DNA from: Emiliania huxleyi CCMP1516
Lineage: Eukaryota
Reading direction: 5' to 3'
NCBI RefSeq assembly: GCF_000372725.1
Contig: NW_005201551.1
Coordinates: 29,544 to 91,331 of the forward strand
Length of the DNA stretch: 61,788 bases
Shown here: positions 33,361-46,514 of the stretch, one piece after another
Position numbering within the stretch: the first letter of the stretch is position 1
How the letters are laid out: each line of letters opens with the position of its first letter
Made by a program: the position numbers and the translations under genes
The notes under the pieces: model-generated
What the model was told of the DNA's origin: nothing
The model's input: the letters and a program-made list of their open reading frames with translations, nothing else
Database searches by the model: none

Positions 33361-35130
33361 TCAAACGCTGCCGAGTGGGCGGACAACACCATCCCGACGG
33401 ACACTCCCGACGAGGGGAGCGACACGGAAGGACCCGCCCCCGCCCCTCGGGGCGGGGGCCCCCGCCCCCCCGGGGGGCCCTTTGGGGCCCCTCCAGGGGG
33501 CGACCCCTCCGGGGAGGCCGGCCATCCCCGTGCCGGTTCTCCCCAACCAACCCCGCCGGCAGCGCGAGCTGCCGGCCACATTGAGCGGTTCGTCCGCGTC
33601 GCGCACTCGTCCCAACCGGGGGCCGCAGACTCGTTCTGCGCGCCAACGGCTGGTGACGCTGTGTTGCCCTTGAGCTAGTCCTTCCCCGGTCGCCTAGCCT
33701 CTGCGCTGTCTGGCGGACGCCTGTATGCCATGCACGCGGACCACGCTTGCGTGGATACGTGGCTGGCAGGCTGACCCGTGTGCGGGGTAACCCGCGCACG
33801 GGGAAGCTTCACGGGTTCGAGCCGTCAAACATTGAGCAGCGGAGGTGTGCCGAGGGGGACCGGGAGGCGGTAAGCCGTCGTCGCCCGGCGCTGCATGCAG
33901 CACCGTGGCGATGGCGCTAAGAGGTTCCTCTTTTCCGCGCCCCCCCCGCAAGGCGCGCGATACAAACATTCTCTGCCGATAACGATTGGGATGTCGTGGT
34001 AGTTCACTAGTTTATCGTAGGATACTCACGGATACCTCTCCTGAGTCCCTCTCGTGTGCCCTCGCGCACATCGCATGCGGTCTTCACTCAGCCTCCGCTG
34101 CTGTGAACACCAAACTTGCACTTCAGCTGGTGCGCGCTTTCGCCGCCTACTTTCGCGAGCGCGCTTGGCCCTCGCTCCTCATGCGCGGCGCTCTCGCTGC
34201 GCTCTCTCCCTGCTCATGGGACCTGATGCCGCGCCACCTCTGTGGCCGCTCGCAATCAAGGGCAACTAGCCACGGGCAGCGAGGAGCGCCCCACGGATTC
34301 TCATTCAAAGTGCAAGGCCCAGTGCACGTGTGCGGTAGTTTAGGTGAGTGCAACCTACCTGCCCCTCCACCCGACAATCATGCGACAAACCACTTGTTGA
34401 GCACTTGAGAGAGTTTGCACTTGAGCACTTGAGCACAACGACAGGTCGCTGGTCGGGGGACTTGTAGTAGGGCTAGAGGGCAAGAGGGGGAGGCTGAGTT
34501 GAGGAAATCGGAGGCGCGCCCACTTCGCCACAGACAGACGGTCCCGCGCCTAGGTGTTACGGCATCTGTTCTGCTCGAGGCGGCGCGCGGCTTTCGCGGG
34601 TCGTTCGAAGGCCGCGTCTGCAAGCGAGGTGGATGGCGTTGAACCGCAGGAGCCCAGCGCAGGAGCTGACGCCACCTCCTGCTTCGGCTTTACTGAGGCG
34701 CTTGAGGAGCTCCAAACGCTCGCCTCTGACCCTCACACGCACCCTAGCATGTATCGTTTGGTTTGATGCCTGTGCCTATCCTCTACTTTTCGGTGTTCAC
34801 GTGTACGCACTTTCTGAACACTGCGCTTTATCCACTTTTTTCTTTGTTAAAATTCTTTTCGGAGGACGACGGCTTCTCAGGAAGCTCTGCCGTCGCCCGT
34901 GCCTTGCCTGTCGCGTGAATCGTGTTGTGCGACCGGCTTTTGTTGTAAAATTCTTTTCGGTGCTGCAGTGCCAGTCCCGTACCCGGTGTCGTGCGCTCGA
35001 ATCTCCGAGAATTCTTTTGTGTGCCGGTGATAGTACTAGCACGCGCCAGTTCGCACCTGTGTCGAGCCTGTCTGCTGTGAGAGAGAGTTGTCTTGTTTAA
35101 ATTCTTTTCGGTGCCGGTTCAGCATCAATC

Positions 35131-35640
35131 ATGCACCGACCGCACTCAGGCTGGGCCCAGCGTTCGCCGAGCGGGTCGCCGCCGCTCGAGCTCGTCGTCT
35201 CGTCGTTGCATCACTCGGAGGAGATTGCTTTCCGCGAGCAGCTCGACTTTATGCCCCACTTTTACCGACACAACAAGCGCAAGCCGACCTTCAACAGGAC
35301 GCGTGGTGCGGCGATCGGAAATGCCACACTCACCTTGCCGAGCCTTGCCCATATGCCGAGTGAAGGCGCACGGACATCAAAGTGTAGCCAGCGATGCCGT
35401 CAGATGGCGTCACACAACCACGACACGTCCACGACACGTCCACACGGCAAACGCCCACGAATGTCTCACAGGCGACGCGGGAGCGGGTTCGACGCGCGAG
35501 GCGGGCGCGTTACTCAGCTACCTGCTCGACCGCCTCGAGCCGGGAGGCGGCTCATCGCTCCCCGCGGCGAGCGCCTTCTTGCACATCGACACGGCGCTGC
35601 ACAATGTCGTCTGGCCTCGCTGGCTCGGCCGCCAAGATGA
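35131..35640 (+). CDS. 5' exons of a DUF3431-like protein (extent unresolved)
   Basis: LELVVSSLHHSEEIAF and, after an intron, STREAGALLSYLLDRL...AFLHID resemble the DUF3431 LVVA...RE...YL.YI.D...FLH pattern (recalled motif, unverified). Confidence 0.4.
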   Translation: MHRPHSGWAQRSPSGSPPLELVVSSLHHSEEIAFREQLDFMPHFYRHNKRKPTFNRTRGAAIGNATLTLPSLAHMPSEGARTSKCSQRCRQMASHNHDTSTTRPHGKRPRMSHRRRGSGFDARGGRVTQLPARPPRAGRRLIAPRGERLLAHRHGAAQCRLASLARPPR

Positions 35641-36989
35641 GACACACCCGACACACACGGCCGCTAAGATGAGACACATCCGACACACACACCCGAGCGC
35701 GAGCTCGCTAGTCCTGCACTCGACACGAGTCAGTCTGAGCCAACTATTCGAGCAACCTCGGCCGCACCTCGGCCGCATCTCGGCTGCACTTTGGCTACAT
35801 ATCGGCCGCACCTCGGCCGCACCTCGGCCGCACCTTGGCCGCACCTCGGCCGCACCTCGACTGCATCTCGGCCGCTAGGCTGTGTGTGTCGCGGGCTGTA
35901 GGCTCGCCTGCCTTCGCCCAAACTTGAGCGAGCCCCTCGTCTCCCTCTCGCCCGCCATCGTCCCAAACTACAACCCGTCGCTCCTCTCGTGAGCTCAACG
36001 CCGAGATTGTGACGAGATATAGCAGCTGGGCCATGCTGCGTAGCCGTGGTCCGGGGATTCACAGGCATCTGCCACCCGGTCACAGTATTGGCTCGGGACG
36101 TTTTCACAGCAGTGTGGAGTAGGGCATCGCCGGATTTCTTTTCCGGAGTGTGCCGCGTCCCAGACTTGTATATGCCACCCACACCCAGTGCACGGCCGAG
36201 TGTGGCTGCAAGTGCCATCCGCTTCCCACGGCGCCTCGGAAGCCTTCGCTTCTCGGGGCCTCACTGCGGTCGGCCTCCCCGGCCTGCGCCAGATCTCGTG
36301 CACCCTTCCAGGAACCTTCCGGGACCCTTCTCGGAGCCTTCCTGCAGGCGCGCCAGCCTGCTGCTCGGCAAGCTGCGCGGTCCCGCGGCGGCTCGCAGTC
36401 CTAGATACCGAGAAGACGGAGAGGCAGAACCGCATCCCCTGTATCGAAAGGTAGGGTAGGTGTAGGTAGAGAGGCGGAAACAGCACAGCGCTTGCCAGAG
36501 ACCGACACCCGTACGAGTGGGACACAAGTGAGGCGGAGGGACGGCCCCGCTATGGAGGGACACGACACACCACAGGCGCGCAGGCTAGACACGCACAGCT
36601 AGCCAACTGGGCTGCCACACACCCTGGCAGAGTGATGAGGTCCCACGTTCCAACCAACACTCGAGAGGACGCGTGTTCAGCTGCATTCGGGCTGCACTCG
36701 CCACACTCGAGGTCTGGCGCAGCTCTGTCTCGCAGCCTGTGTCTCCACGCGATATGCTCGGAGTGCTCTGCCGTGCTCCTCATCGGATCTGTGTGCTCAC
36801 TGGGAGAGAGAAATCTCGTCGCATCTCATCGTAGGCTCGCAACATCTCCCCATATCTCCCCATATCTCCCCATATCTCCCCTCCCCATATCTCCCCATAT
36901 CTCATCACCGTAGGCGTGCTCCCCACCGCTATCTCCCCATATCTCCCCATATCTCCCCATATCTCCCCACATCTCATCGCCGTAGGCTC

Positions 36990-39900
36990 GCAACCTCACC
37001 CGCAAGCGAGGCGCGCCTCCTTGCTGCTTTCTGTGGGTGCCTGGCTCTAGTGCGCAAGCCTAGCGGTGCCCCGCTGCAGCGTGCAACCCCTAGCAGTGCA
37101 GCCCGAGCAGTGCCCGGCTGCCGCGCTGAAGCAGCCTAGCATAGGTCTAGGCTGCAGCGTGCAAACCGTAGCAGTGCAGCCCGAGCAGTGCCCGGCTACA
37201 AGCGCACACGCGCCATGTCTTGCACAGCAGCCGTAGCAGCAGACGGCCGTAGTCCGCCGCGCGGGTGTCCTGCACGACGTTTGGCCTTCGCGGAGCGCCG
37301 CAGGCACAGCCCCGCGCGGCGCTCGATCTCCCCACATCTCCCCACATCTCCCCATATCTCCCCATATCTCCCCGCAGGCACAGCCCCGCGCGGCGCTCCA
37401 TCTCCCCACATCTCCCCACATCTCCCGACATCTCCCCACATCTCCCCGCAGGTACAGCCCCGCGCGGCGCTTGAGTCGTTTGGCCGGAGCCGCGTCCAAA
37501 GCGCGGCGGACTCGCTGAACCAAGCGGGAGGGCCAGGCGGCATCAGCCCGTTGGGAGAATCACCCGAGATCACCCGAGATCACCCGAGTTTACCCGAGAT
37601 CACCCGAGTTCACCCGAGTTTACCCGAGATCACCCGAGATCACCCGAGTTTACCCGAGGTCACCGAAGGTCACCCGAGATCACCCGAGATCACCCGAGAT
37701 CACCCGAGATCACCTCGAGATTACCTCGAGATTACCTCGAGATCACCCGAGATCACCTCGAGCTCAGGCGGCCTCAACCCTTGGGACTTCGAGCTGCACT
37801 ACCACCGCGCCGGCGCCTAGATGCGGGATATCTCCCCACATCTCCCCACATCTCCCCATATCTCCCCATATCTCCCCATATCTCGGCGCCTAGATGCGGG
37901 ATATCTCCCCACATCTCCCCGCATCTCCCCACATCAAGTCGCACACTCGAGAGGACGCACGCACCGGACTGCATTTCACGGCCTCGGCTATCGCAACCGT
38001 GCCATTGCGCTTGTCCCCACACCTAAGCAACTGCAGCAGCGCCGTCGGGCGGGTGGTTGCCGGCTGCAGCGGGTGGGTAGTAGTAGCGGCAAGCGACGCT
38101 TCGAACGCCGTAAGTACGCTGCTGGTGGTTGCCGGCTGCAGCGCGCGCGAGCGTGTGTGCGTGTGGCGTAGGCGCTTTCGACGCGTCGGCGAGCGAGGTG
38201 GCGCTCGAGGCTCGCGCGCCGCACGTAGGAGATGTGGGGAGATGGCATGGCGAGATATGGCGAGATACGGAGAGAGATCTCGGCGCCGTTCGTAGGAGAG
38301 AGGCGCCAGGCTACTCCGCGCGGTCACTTCGCTGGTCACTCCGCCCTCACGCTGAGCCAACACACGCGGGAGCAGCTGAAGAGGCCGTCCGAGGGTAGGC
38401 GGGGGCGGGGGGGAGGGGGGGGGGGGGGGGCACCAGTGTTTGCCCCCAATTCATTGAGTCCGATTCCTCCCAGGGTTTGCGTCCGTGCGGCCCCAAATCA
38501 GCCCCGAGATCAGCCCCCAGATCAGCCCGAGATCAGCCCCCAGATCAGCCCCCAGATCAGCCCGAGATCAGCCCCAGATCAGCCCCAGATCAGCCCCAGA
38601 TCAGCCCGAGATCAGCCCGAGATCAGCCCGAGATCAGCCCCAGATCAGCCCCAGATCAGCCCCAGATCAGCCCGAGATCGGCCGGGAGATAGGTTGCCCG
38701 CCGGTGGCGCGACCCGTGCGCCGCCTTCCATCACACACAGGGATATCTCCCCAGATCTCCCCACATCTCTCCATATCTCTCCATATCAGGTTGCCCGCCG
38801 GTGGCGCGACCCGTGCGCCGCCTTTCAGTGCGAGCACGCCGAGTGCTCGCCAAAGTACATCCGCTATGTCGGCGCCACGTCGCCGCCCCTCGTCGCGGGC
38901 CACAGCAAGAAGAGGGCGCCGCTCTCTCCCCGCATCTCCCCGCATCTCCCCGCATCTCCCCGCATCTCCCCGCATCTCCCCGCATCTCCCCGCGTCTCCC
39001 CGCGTCTCCCCGCATCTCCCCGCATCTCCCCGCATCTCCCCGCATCTCCCCGCATCTCCCCACTCTTTCTGTCACTCTGACAATCGGCTAGCCTCGACTG
39101 AGGTCACCCGAGATCACCCGAGATCACCCGAGATCACCCGAGATCACCCGAGATCACCCGAGATCGCCAGATGTCACTCTCTAGAGGCCATCCGAGGTCC
39201 CGAGGTCGCCCCGACCCCACCCCGACCTCGGCCCTGACCTTGCCCTGACCTTGCCCTGATCGACGCGCGGGCGAGGTGTGCTTTTAGGTTGACGCAGCGA
39301 TGCTTCAGTGGGAGAATGACGTGTGCGGCGTGGCGGGCGACATGACGCCCGAGCGGCGCGCGCGCGTCCGCCCAAGCCGCCGACCCAGATTGCTCGAGAT
39401 CAGCCGAGATCGGCCGGGATCAGGCGCGCGCTCTCCCGCGTGCGCGAGGCGGTCCGGCTGCCGTGCGCCGTCGCGAGCAGGCAACACCCCCGAGATCTCG
39501 GCTCGATCTCGGCTCGATCTCGGCTCCACCTCGGCTCTCTCTCGGCTCTCTCCCTCGGCTCCACCTCGGCTCTACTTCGGCTCGATCTCGGCTCGATCTC
39601 GGCTCTACCTCGGCTCGATCTCGGCTCGATCTCGGCTCTACCTCGGCTCGATCTCGGCTCTATCTCGGCTGTATCTCGCGAGCAGGCCGAGCGAGCTTTG
39701 TGGCCAGTTGCCAGCGGGGCGCCGGCCAGAGCCGCAGGGCAGCGCCGGGGAGGGCGGCGGCGGCGGCACGCTAGAGCGGCGCGCCGGCCCTAGAAGCGGA
39801 ATATCTCCCCGTATCTCCCCCATATCTCGCTGTGCTGTGGGTGGGATGGCCCTTTGCCCCTGGAAGCGGAATATCTCCCCGTATCTCCCCCATATCTCGC

Positions 39901-40506
39901 GGTGCTATGGGGGGGATGGCCCTTTTGCCCCTGGAAGCGGAATATCTCCCCGTATCTCCCCCATATCTCGCGGTGCTATGGGTGGGATGGCCCTTTTGCC
40001 ACTGGAAGCGGAACATCTCCCCGTATCTCCCCCATATCTCGCGGTGCTATGGGGGGGATGGCCCTTTTGCCCCTAGAAGCGGAATACCTCCCCGTATCTC
40101 CCCCATATCTCGCTGTGCTATGGGGGGGATGGCCCTTTTGCCCCTGGAAGCGGATCACCTCCCCGTATCTCCCCCATATCTCGCGGTGCTATGGGTGGGA
40201 TGGCCCTTTTGCCCCTGGAAGCGGAACATCTCCCCGTATCTCCCCCATATCTCGCGTTGCTATGGGTGGGATGGCCCTTTTGCCCCTCTGGAAGCGGAAT
40301 ACGCACTCGTGTGGTCTCGAAGTAGCTCTCGGAGGCACGGAGGGAGGATGTGTCTTCCGTTGTGTCCCAGCTGTGCTCCGCTGTATTCACTGCACTCGTC
40401 CCTCCCCTCGTACGAATGCGATATGATTCGACATGGCGCGGTGCTGTCTTCACGCCCTGATGGTGGCGTATTCAGCACACACACACACAACAACAACAAC
40501 AACAAC

Positions 40507-40591
<85 letters not shown>

Positions 40592-41089
40592 CACTCACTC
40601 ACGCGCACTGGGCCTTGCACTTCCAATACCGCGGGGCTCCCGTCGTCTAGACGTGGAGTCACGAGGGACTAGCCTGGCCCTCGCCCCACCACCCTCGTGT
40701 GGAGAAGTTTGCCTTCCCTCGCCTTCCCTTGTTCAGACGGCAGGCGGCTCGACCCTATCTCGCCATATCTCGCCATATCTCGCCATATCTCAGACGGCAG
40801 GCGGCTCGACCCCTCCTTCCGCAACTTGCTCCCGTCGTACGAGGCGTACCTGCGCGAGGGGTGCGCGTCGGATGCCACGCCGGCCGCCGCCAAGCAGGAG
40901 GAGGGGGAGGGGGGAGTCGGCACACTCTGCGAGCTGCTCGGCGAGAGAGGTCTGTACCTCAGATACGGGGAGATGTGCCGAGATATGGGGAGATATGAGC
41001 TGCTCGGCGAGAGAGGTATAAACAGCACACGCCCACGCGCGTGCACGCACACATGCGCACGCGCACACACATACACATACACATACACA

Positions 41090-41171
<82 letters not shown>

Positions 41172-42620
41172 CGCACACACGTGCGCCTCCCTCTGCGCGC
41201 TGCTTGGCGAGTGAGATCTGACAGACAGCCGTCCTGCCAGAGCGCCGCAGCATTCCCACACGCGGCTTCAACGTTCCTTCAACAGGCGCGGCCCCGCCGG
41301 GCGGCATCACGACTGGGCGGAGCGTCGCCCNNNNNNNNNNNNNNNNNNNNNNNNNNNNNNNNNNNNNNNNNNNNNNNNNNNNNNNNNNNNNNNNNNNNNN
41401 NNNNNNNNNNNNNNNNNNNNNNNNNNNNNNNNNNNNNNNNNNNNNNNNNNNNNNNNNNNNNNNNNNNNNNNNNNNNNNNNNNNNNNNNNNNNNNNNNNNN
41501 NNNNNNNNNNNNNNNNNNNNNNNNNNNNNNNNNNNNNNNNNNNNNNNNNNNNNNNNNNNNNNNNNNNNNNNNNNNNNNNNNNNNNNNNNNNNNNNNNNNN
41601 NNNNNNNNNNNNNNNNNNNNNNNNNNNNNNNNNNNNNNNNNNNNNNNNNNNNNNNNNNNNNNNNNNNNNNNNNNNNNNNNNNNNNNNNNNNNNNNNNNNN
41701 NNNNNNNNNNNNNNNNNNNNNNNNNNNNNNNNNNNNNNNNNNNNNNNNNNNNNNNNNNNNNNNNNNNNNNNNNNNNNNNNNNNNNNNNNNNNNNNNNNNN
41801 NNNNNNNNNNNNNNNNNNNNNNNNNNNNNNNNNNNNNNNNNNNNNNNNTGGGGGCGGGCGCTGTTGGACGCCGCGGCGCGGAGGGAGGGAAGGGGCGTGC
41901 TGCGCGACTCGCGCGACGTGCGCCGCTCCGCGCCCCGTATCTCCCCGTATCTCCCCGCATCTCCCGATATCTCATCGTATCTCGCGGGACGTGCGCCGCT
42001 CCGTGTCCCGTATCTCCCCGTATCTCCCGCTCCCCGCATCTCCCGATATCTCCCCGTATCTCGCGCGACGTGCGCCGCTCCGCGCCAGAGAGTGAGCAGC
42101 GCCGCTCGCCGCCGCGCGGCCTTGCGTGTAGGTCTACCGCTTCGCGCAGGCGGCCGCGAAGACGGCGCTGCGCGTGGTGCCATACCTCGCCATATCGAGT
42201 CCTACATCTCCCCACATCTCCCCGTATACCTCCTAGGCGCTGCGCGCGGTGCCGTCGCGCTGCGCCGCGATCCGCTGTTGGCTCGCGTGCTGCGCAGCGT
42301 GCGCCGCGCGGCCGTGGCGCAGATGTATCCGAGATCTGTGGTACAGAGGGGTACCCCCACGCCACTCTGCGCGCAGCCGTGGCATATATGCCGCTCGAGG
42401 TGCGATAGAGGTGCGTGTCTTGCGTGCACAGAGCAGCCCCGTGACCTTCCCTAGGTGCGTCTCATGGGAGTGGGACCTCGACTCGGGCGCGTGTGCCCTC
42501 TCCGAGCTTGGCACGCGTCCGAGCGTCGGGCCTCCCACCTTCAGTGCGGTGGTGGGGACGGTGCAGCCGCTGCTGGCCTCCGAGGCTCAGGCCTTCCGGT
42601 GGGTGGAGGGCGGGCTCTGA
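36990..42620 (+). CDS. One or more hypothetical multi-exon genes with repeat-filled introns
   Basis: Short plausible exons between ATCTCCCC/GAGAT arrays, e.g. DPSFRNLLPSYEAYLREG and CVSWEWDLDSGAC...FRWVEGGL-stop at 42620. Spans gap 41331-41848. Confidence 0.3.
39787..40298. repeat. ~68-bp tandem repeat, ~7.5 copies
   Basis: GCCCCTGGAAGCGGAATATCTCCCCGTATCTCCCCCATATCTCGCGGTGCTATGGG(G/T)GGGATGGCCCTTTT. Confidence 0.9.
40476..40589. repeat. (CA)n/(CAA)n microsatellite
   Basis: Direct reading. A second (CA)n tract lies at ~41065-41180. Confidence 0.95.
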
Positions 42621-42890
42621 AGAAAGCAGTGCATGGAACATATCACAACGATGGTGACAATCTCGCTCCAGCAACGAGCTAGCGGGTAGCGCTGCGACGG
42701 TGTATCAGTCGCCTAAATGCTTAAAGGGGAAGGACCCTTAGACCTGTTGCACGCCAACCGTGAACCACCCGCGCCCAGCCAGTCTGGACAAGGCGCAAAC
42801 AAACAGGCAGTAGCGCTTCTCGCGTGGGCACTGACGGCACTGGCGCCGGTGTACAGACTGTATAGACTACACACACGTCAAAAATATGTG

Positions 42891-43266
<376 letters not shown>

Positions 43267-43267
43267 G

Positions 43268-44160
43268 GCGCGCGCTCCGCCGGCTCGTCGCGTACATGCG
43301 CGAGAAAGGGTCGCGCTCGTGCGACCAGTCCGCGACGCGCGACCAGTGCCTCTCCGCCTGGAGGCTGCCTCATCTCTCCCCATCTCTCCCCATCTCTCCC
43401 CGTCTCTCCCCGTCTCTCCCCGTCTCTCCCCGTCTCTCCCCATATCTCGACCAGTGCCTCTCCGCCCCGCGTGCAGGCTTCCCGACGCGCCGCCGCCGCC
43501 GCCGCGCTGCTCCCACCCCGACGAGGCATACGCCCCCCTCGAGCGCGGCGAGCAGCTGCCGCGCGTCCTGCGGCCGGCGGAGGCGAGCGGCGCGCTGCTG
43601 CGGCTACCGAGCGACCCAAAGTCGATGTTCCGCACCGTCGCGGACTGGGTCGTGATGCCCTCCGCCTCGGACTGCGCGCCATGCCTCGTCTTCGGCGCCG
43701 ACGTGGCGCAGTCGCGCGGGGCCGCCTTTGTGTGGGGCTCGCGCGGCACGTGGGATTGCGTCGCGGGCATGCGGCTGCCGCGCCTAGTACCACACCTCCA
43801 GAGCGCTCCACGTGTTCGACGCCGCCGTCATCGCCGGTGACGACGTGCGCAGGTTGCCGTACTCCGAGAGGCGCCGCCGGCTCGGCTTGCTCGTCGAGGC
43901 GCTCGACCGCGACCAGGACGTGCTCCGCCAGTCAGTGGGCGGCGGCGGGGGCGGCGGGTGGGTCGACGAGGCCACCGACGCGGCGGTGAAGCAGAACATG
44001 CCCATCCGGCTCAAGCAGGCGTGCCGCCTCTCCGAGCAGGAGTACCGCCTCTTGATTATTAATTAGTTGCTGATCTCTTCATTGCTAATTGAGCAGGCGT
44101 ACCGCCTCTCCGAGCTGCCGCGCGCGCTCGACGAGGCCGAGGCGCGCGCCTCGTCGGGCG
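43268..44160 (+). pseudogene. C-terminal fragment resembling cap1 2'-O-methyltransferase CMTR1 (guanylyltransferase-like region), no FtsJ domain seen
   Basis: RALRRLVAYM...DQSATRDQCLSAWRLPD and ALHVFDAAVIAGDDVRRLPYSERRRR match recalled CMTR1 motifs (Q..IR.ECL..W.IPD; HI.D...L.G.DVR...F..R). Confidence 0.5.
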
Positions 44161-44185
44161 TGCGCGGGACGCGGTGGCCGTTCTT

Positions 44186-44927
44186 GTTTCACAGCCATCC
44201 GTGATAAGGATGGCTGCAATTGCAGGATCCTAGCTAGCCACTCCGCCCTGCAAGCACGCGCCAAGACGCGCCATTTTGGATGGCGCGCGGCCGGTCGGAG
44301 AGGCGGCAGGCCTGTGCATTGAGGACTAGTGTAGATGATGATCAGCCATCAATCAGTAATCATGAGGCGGTACTCATGGTCGGAGAGGCGGTACGCGTGC
44401 TTGAGCGGGATGGGCATGTTCNNNNNNNNNNNNNNNNNNNNNNNNNNNNNNNNNNNNNNNNNNNNNNNNNNNNNNNNNNNNNNNNNNNNNNNNNNNNNNN
44501 NNNNNNNNNNNNNNNNNNNNNNNNNNNNNNNNNNNNNNNNNNNNNNNNNNNNNNNNNNNNNNNNNNNNNNNNNNNNNNNNNNNNNNNNNNNNNNNNNNNN
44601 NNNNNNNNNNNNNNNNNNNNNNNNNNNNNNNNNNNNNNNNNNNNNNNNNNNNNNNNNNNNNNNNNNNNNNNNNNNNNNNNNNNNNNNNNNNNNNNNNNNN
44701 NNNNNNNNNNNNNNNNNNNNNNNNNNNNNNNNNNNNNNNNTGATGGCTGCGACGGCTGTATGACAGCCATCTTGCGGCCGGGCGGATGGCTGGGACACAG
44801 CCATCGCAGCCATCGGCCGGAGGATGGCTGCGCTGGCTGGAAGGCAGCCAAAATGGCGCGTGCTGGGAGGGCGGAGTGGCTAGGATCCTGTAATTGCAGC
44901 CATGCGAATTAAGGATGGCTGTGAAAC
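44186..44927. mobile_element. MITE-like element with long imperfect inverted ends rich in CAGCCATC/GATGGCTG
   Basis: GTTTCACAGCCATCC at 44186 and GGATGGCTGTGAAAC ending 44927. About 100 bp of inverted similarity. Contains gap 44422-44740. No TSD seen. Confidence 0.55.
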
Positions 44928-45287
44928 AGGGAGCGCAGCCATCCAAGGTGCACATTTCGAGGTTAGCCACCTGTGTTAGTGCCAGTGCGCGCCAGTCCCG
45001 TGCCCAGTGTATAACTAAATAGAGCAGTCATCTCCAGGAGAGATGGGCGACGCACGAACACAGAGGCACAGTGCGTGCCCAGTGTCGTGCGAGGGAGTTT
45101 ATTGAGCACTTGAGCACTGAAGAGGGTCGATTCCGCATGGTACGGGACCCCTCGATCGTCTCGCCCTCCCTCTCTGGTGTGTTCATTGGGGGGAGCAGCA
45201 GGAGCCAGTTTGGCCCCCCACGGCCCTCCGCACCGCGCCTGGCGCCCAGCCGCTGCACGCACTGCGAAGGCGCGGAGGTCGACTATC

Positions 45288-45620
45288 GCCTCTCGGAGAG
45301 GCGAGCAGCGCGGCGCGAGCCGGCAAAGCGGCGCGGATCCGTCCTTGTCCACCACGAGGACTTGCCTCAGCCGCTCAGAAGTGGCCTGCAAGCGTGCGGC
45401 CGGCGCTGCGTGGTGAGCGTGAGGGATGGCAGAAACTCCCTCTCGCTGCAGTGGCGGGCAGGCGGGCGAGAGGCACCTCTCGGAGAGGCGAGCAGCGCGG
45501 CGCGAGCCGGCAAAGCGGCGTGGATCCATCCTTGTCCACCACGAGGACTTGCCTCAGCCGCTCAGAAGTGGCCTGCAAGCGTGCGGCCGGTGCTGGTGAG
45601 CGTGAGGGATGGCAGAACTC
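45288..45620. repeat. ~187-bp-period direct duplication
   Basis: CCTCTCGGAGAGGCGAGCAGCG...GAGGGATGGCAGAA at ~45289 and ~45476. Confidence 0.85.
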
Positions 45621-46006
45621 CCTTTTGCCCGTTTTGCCCCTTGTCAGCTGACCTTTCCAGCGATATGTGGCACCGACCACGCCGCGCATGGGTGTGTTCA
45701 TACTGGTGGACAGCACCACCTAACCGCGGCTATTTGAGTCGCCGCGCCCCCAGAGCCGGGGAAGCCTGGCGCAGCGACGGCGCTACGGCACTGCGGCGTC
45801 GCGGCCGCAGCGCGTGAGGCGCGGCGCGTCAAGTCGCCTTCAACCGCTCCGGCCCGCTGCCGCAGGGCCCAGGGATGGCGCTGAGACGCTCGGGTGCGAC
45901 ATGAAGGCCTTAGGGCGCGCGCTCAAGCCGCCTGCCGCGCACAGCGTTTTTGAGCTGTGCGGGGGTGGTTCACGGTAGGCGTGCAACAGGTCCTCAGTTG
46001 ACCAGC

Positions 46007-46514
46007 GGGGTTGTGCGCCAGGCCCTCCTGTTCCATCGGCTCCAGCCAGTAGACAAGTATTGTCATCAACAGAGTAGAAGGATCTGACCTCGGGGCCGAT
46101 GTGACCAAGCGCTGGTAGCGTGGTTTTACCTCACACCCATGGTCTCACAGTGTGCCGGCAGTCGCCGAGCAGTGTCGCTCACACAAGCCGCAGCACAAGT
46201 GACTGAGGGCCAGTGAGGGCGAGCCCATCGCTGTGACAGCTGGTGGAAGCCGCACAGTAGGCTGTGCCAACTGTGCAGAGTGTGTGAGCAGCAGCTGTCG
46301 CAAAGAGCTGCATGCCCTAGTGCATGCCACCGAAGGCGCGGTCGAGGTTCGCCGAGCGCGGCGCACGTTGGAGGAAGCCGCCACCGACGAGCGCGTTGGA
46401 CTTTTCACTCCGGACAAAGACGGGGACACAGCGGACGGTGCGGCGCGTGTCCCCGTCTTAGCGGCGAGGCGCGGGACCGTCTGTGGCGAGGTGGGTCGCG
46501 TCCTCCCCCGATTT
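46007..46514. repeat. ~510-bp interspersed repeat, inverted partner of 57608-58121
   Basis: Reverse-complement match with a near-perfect core (46081-46235 vs ~57896-58051). A short third fragment lies at 34505-34553. Confidence 0.9.
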
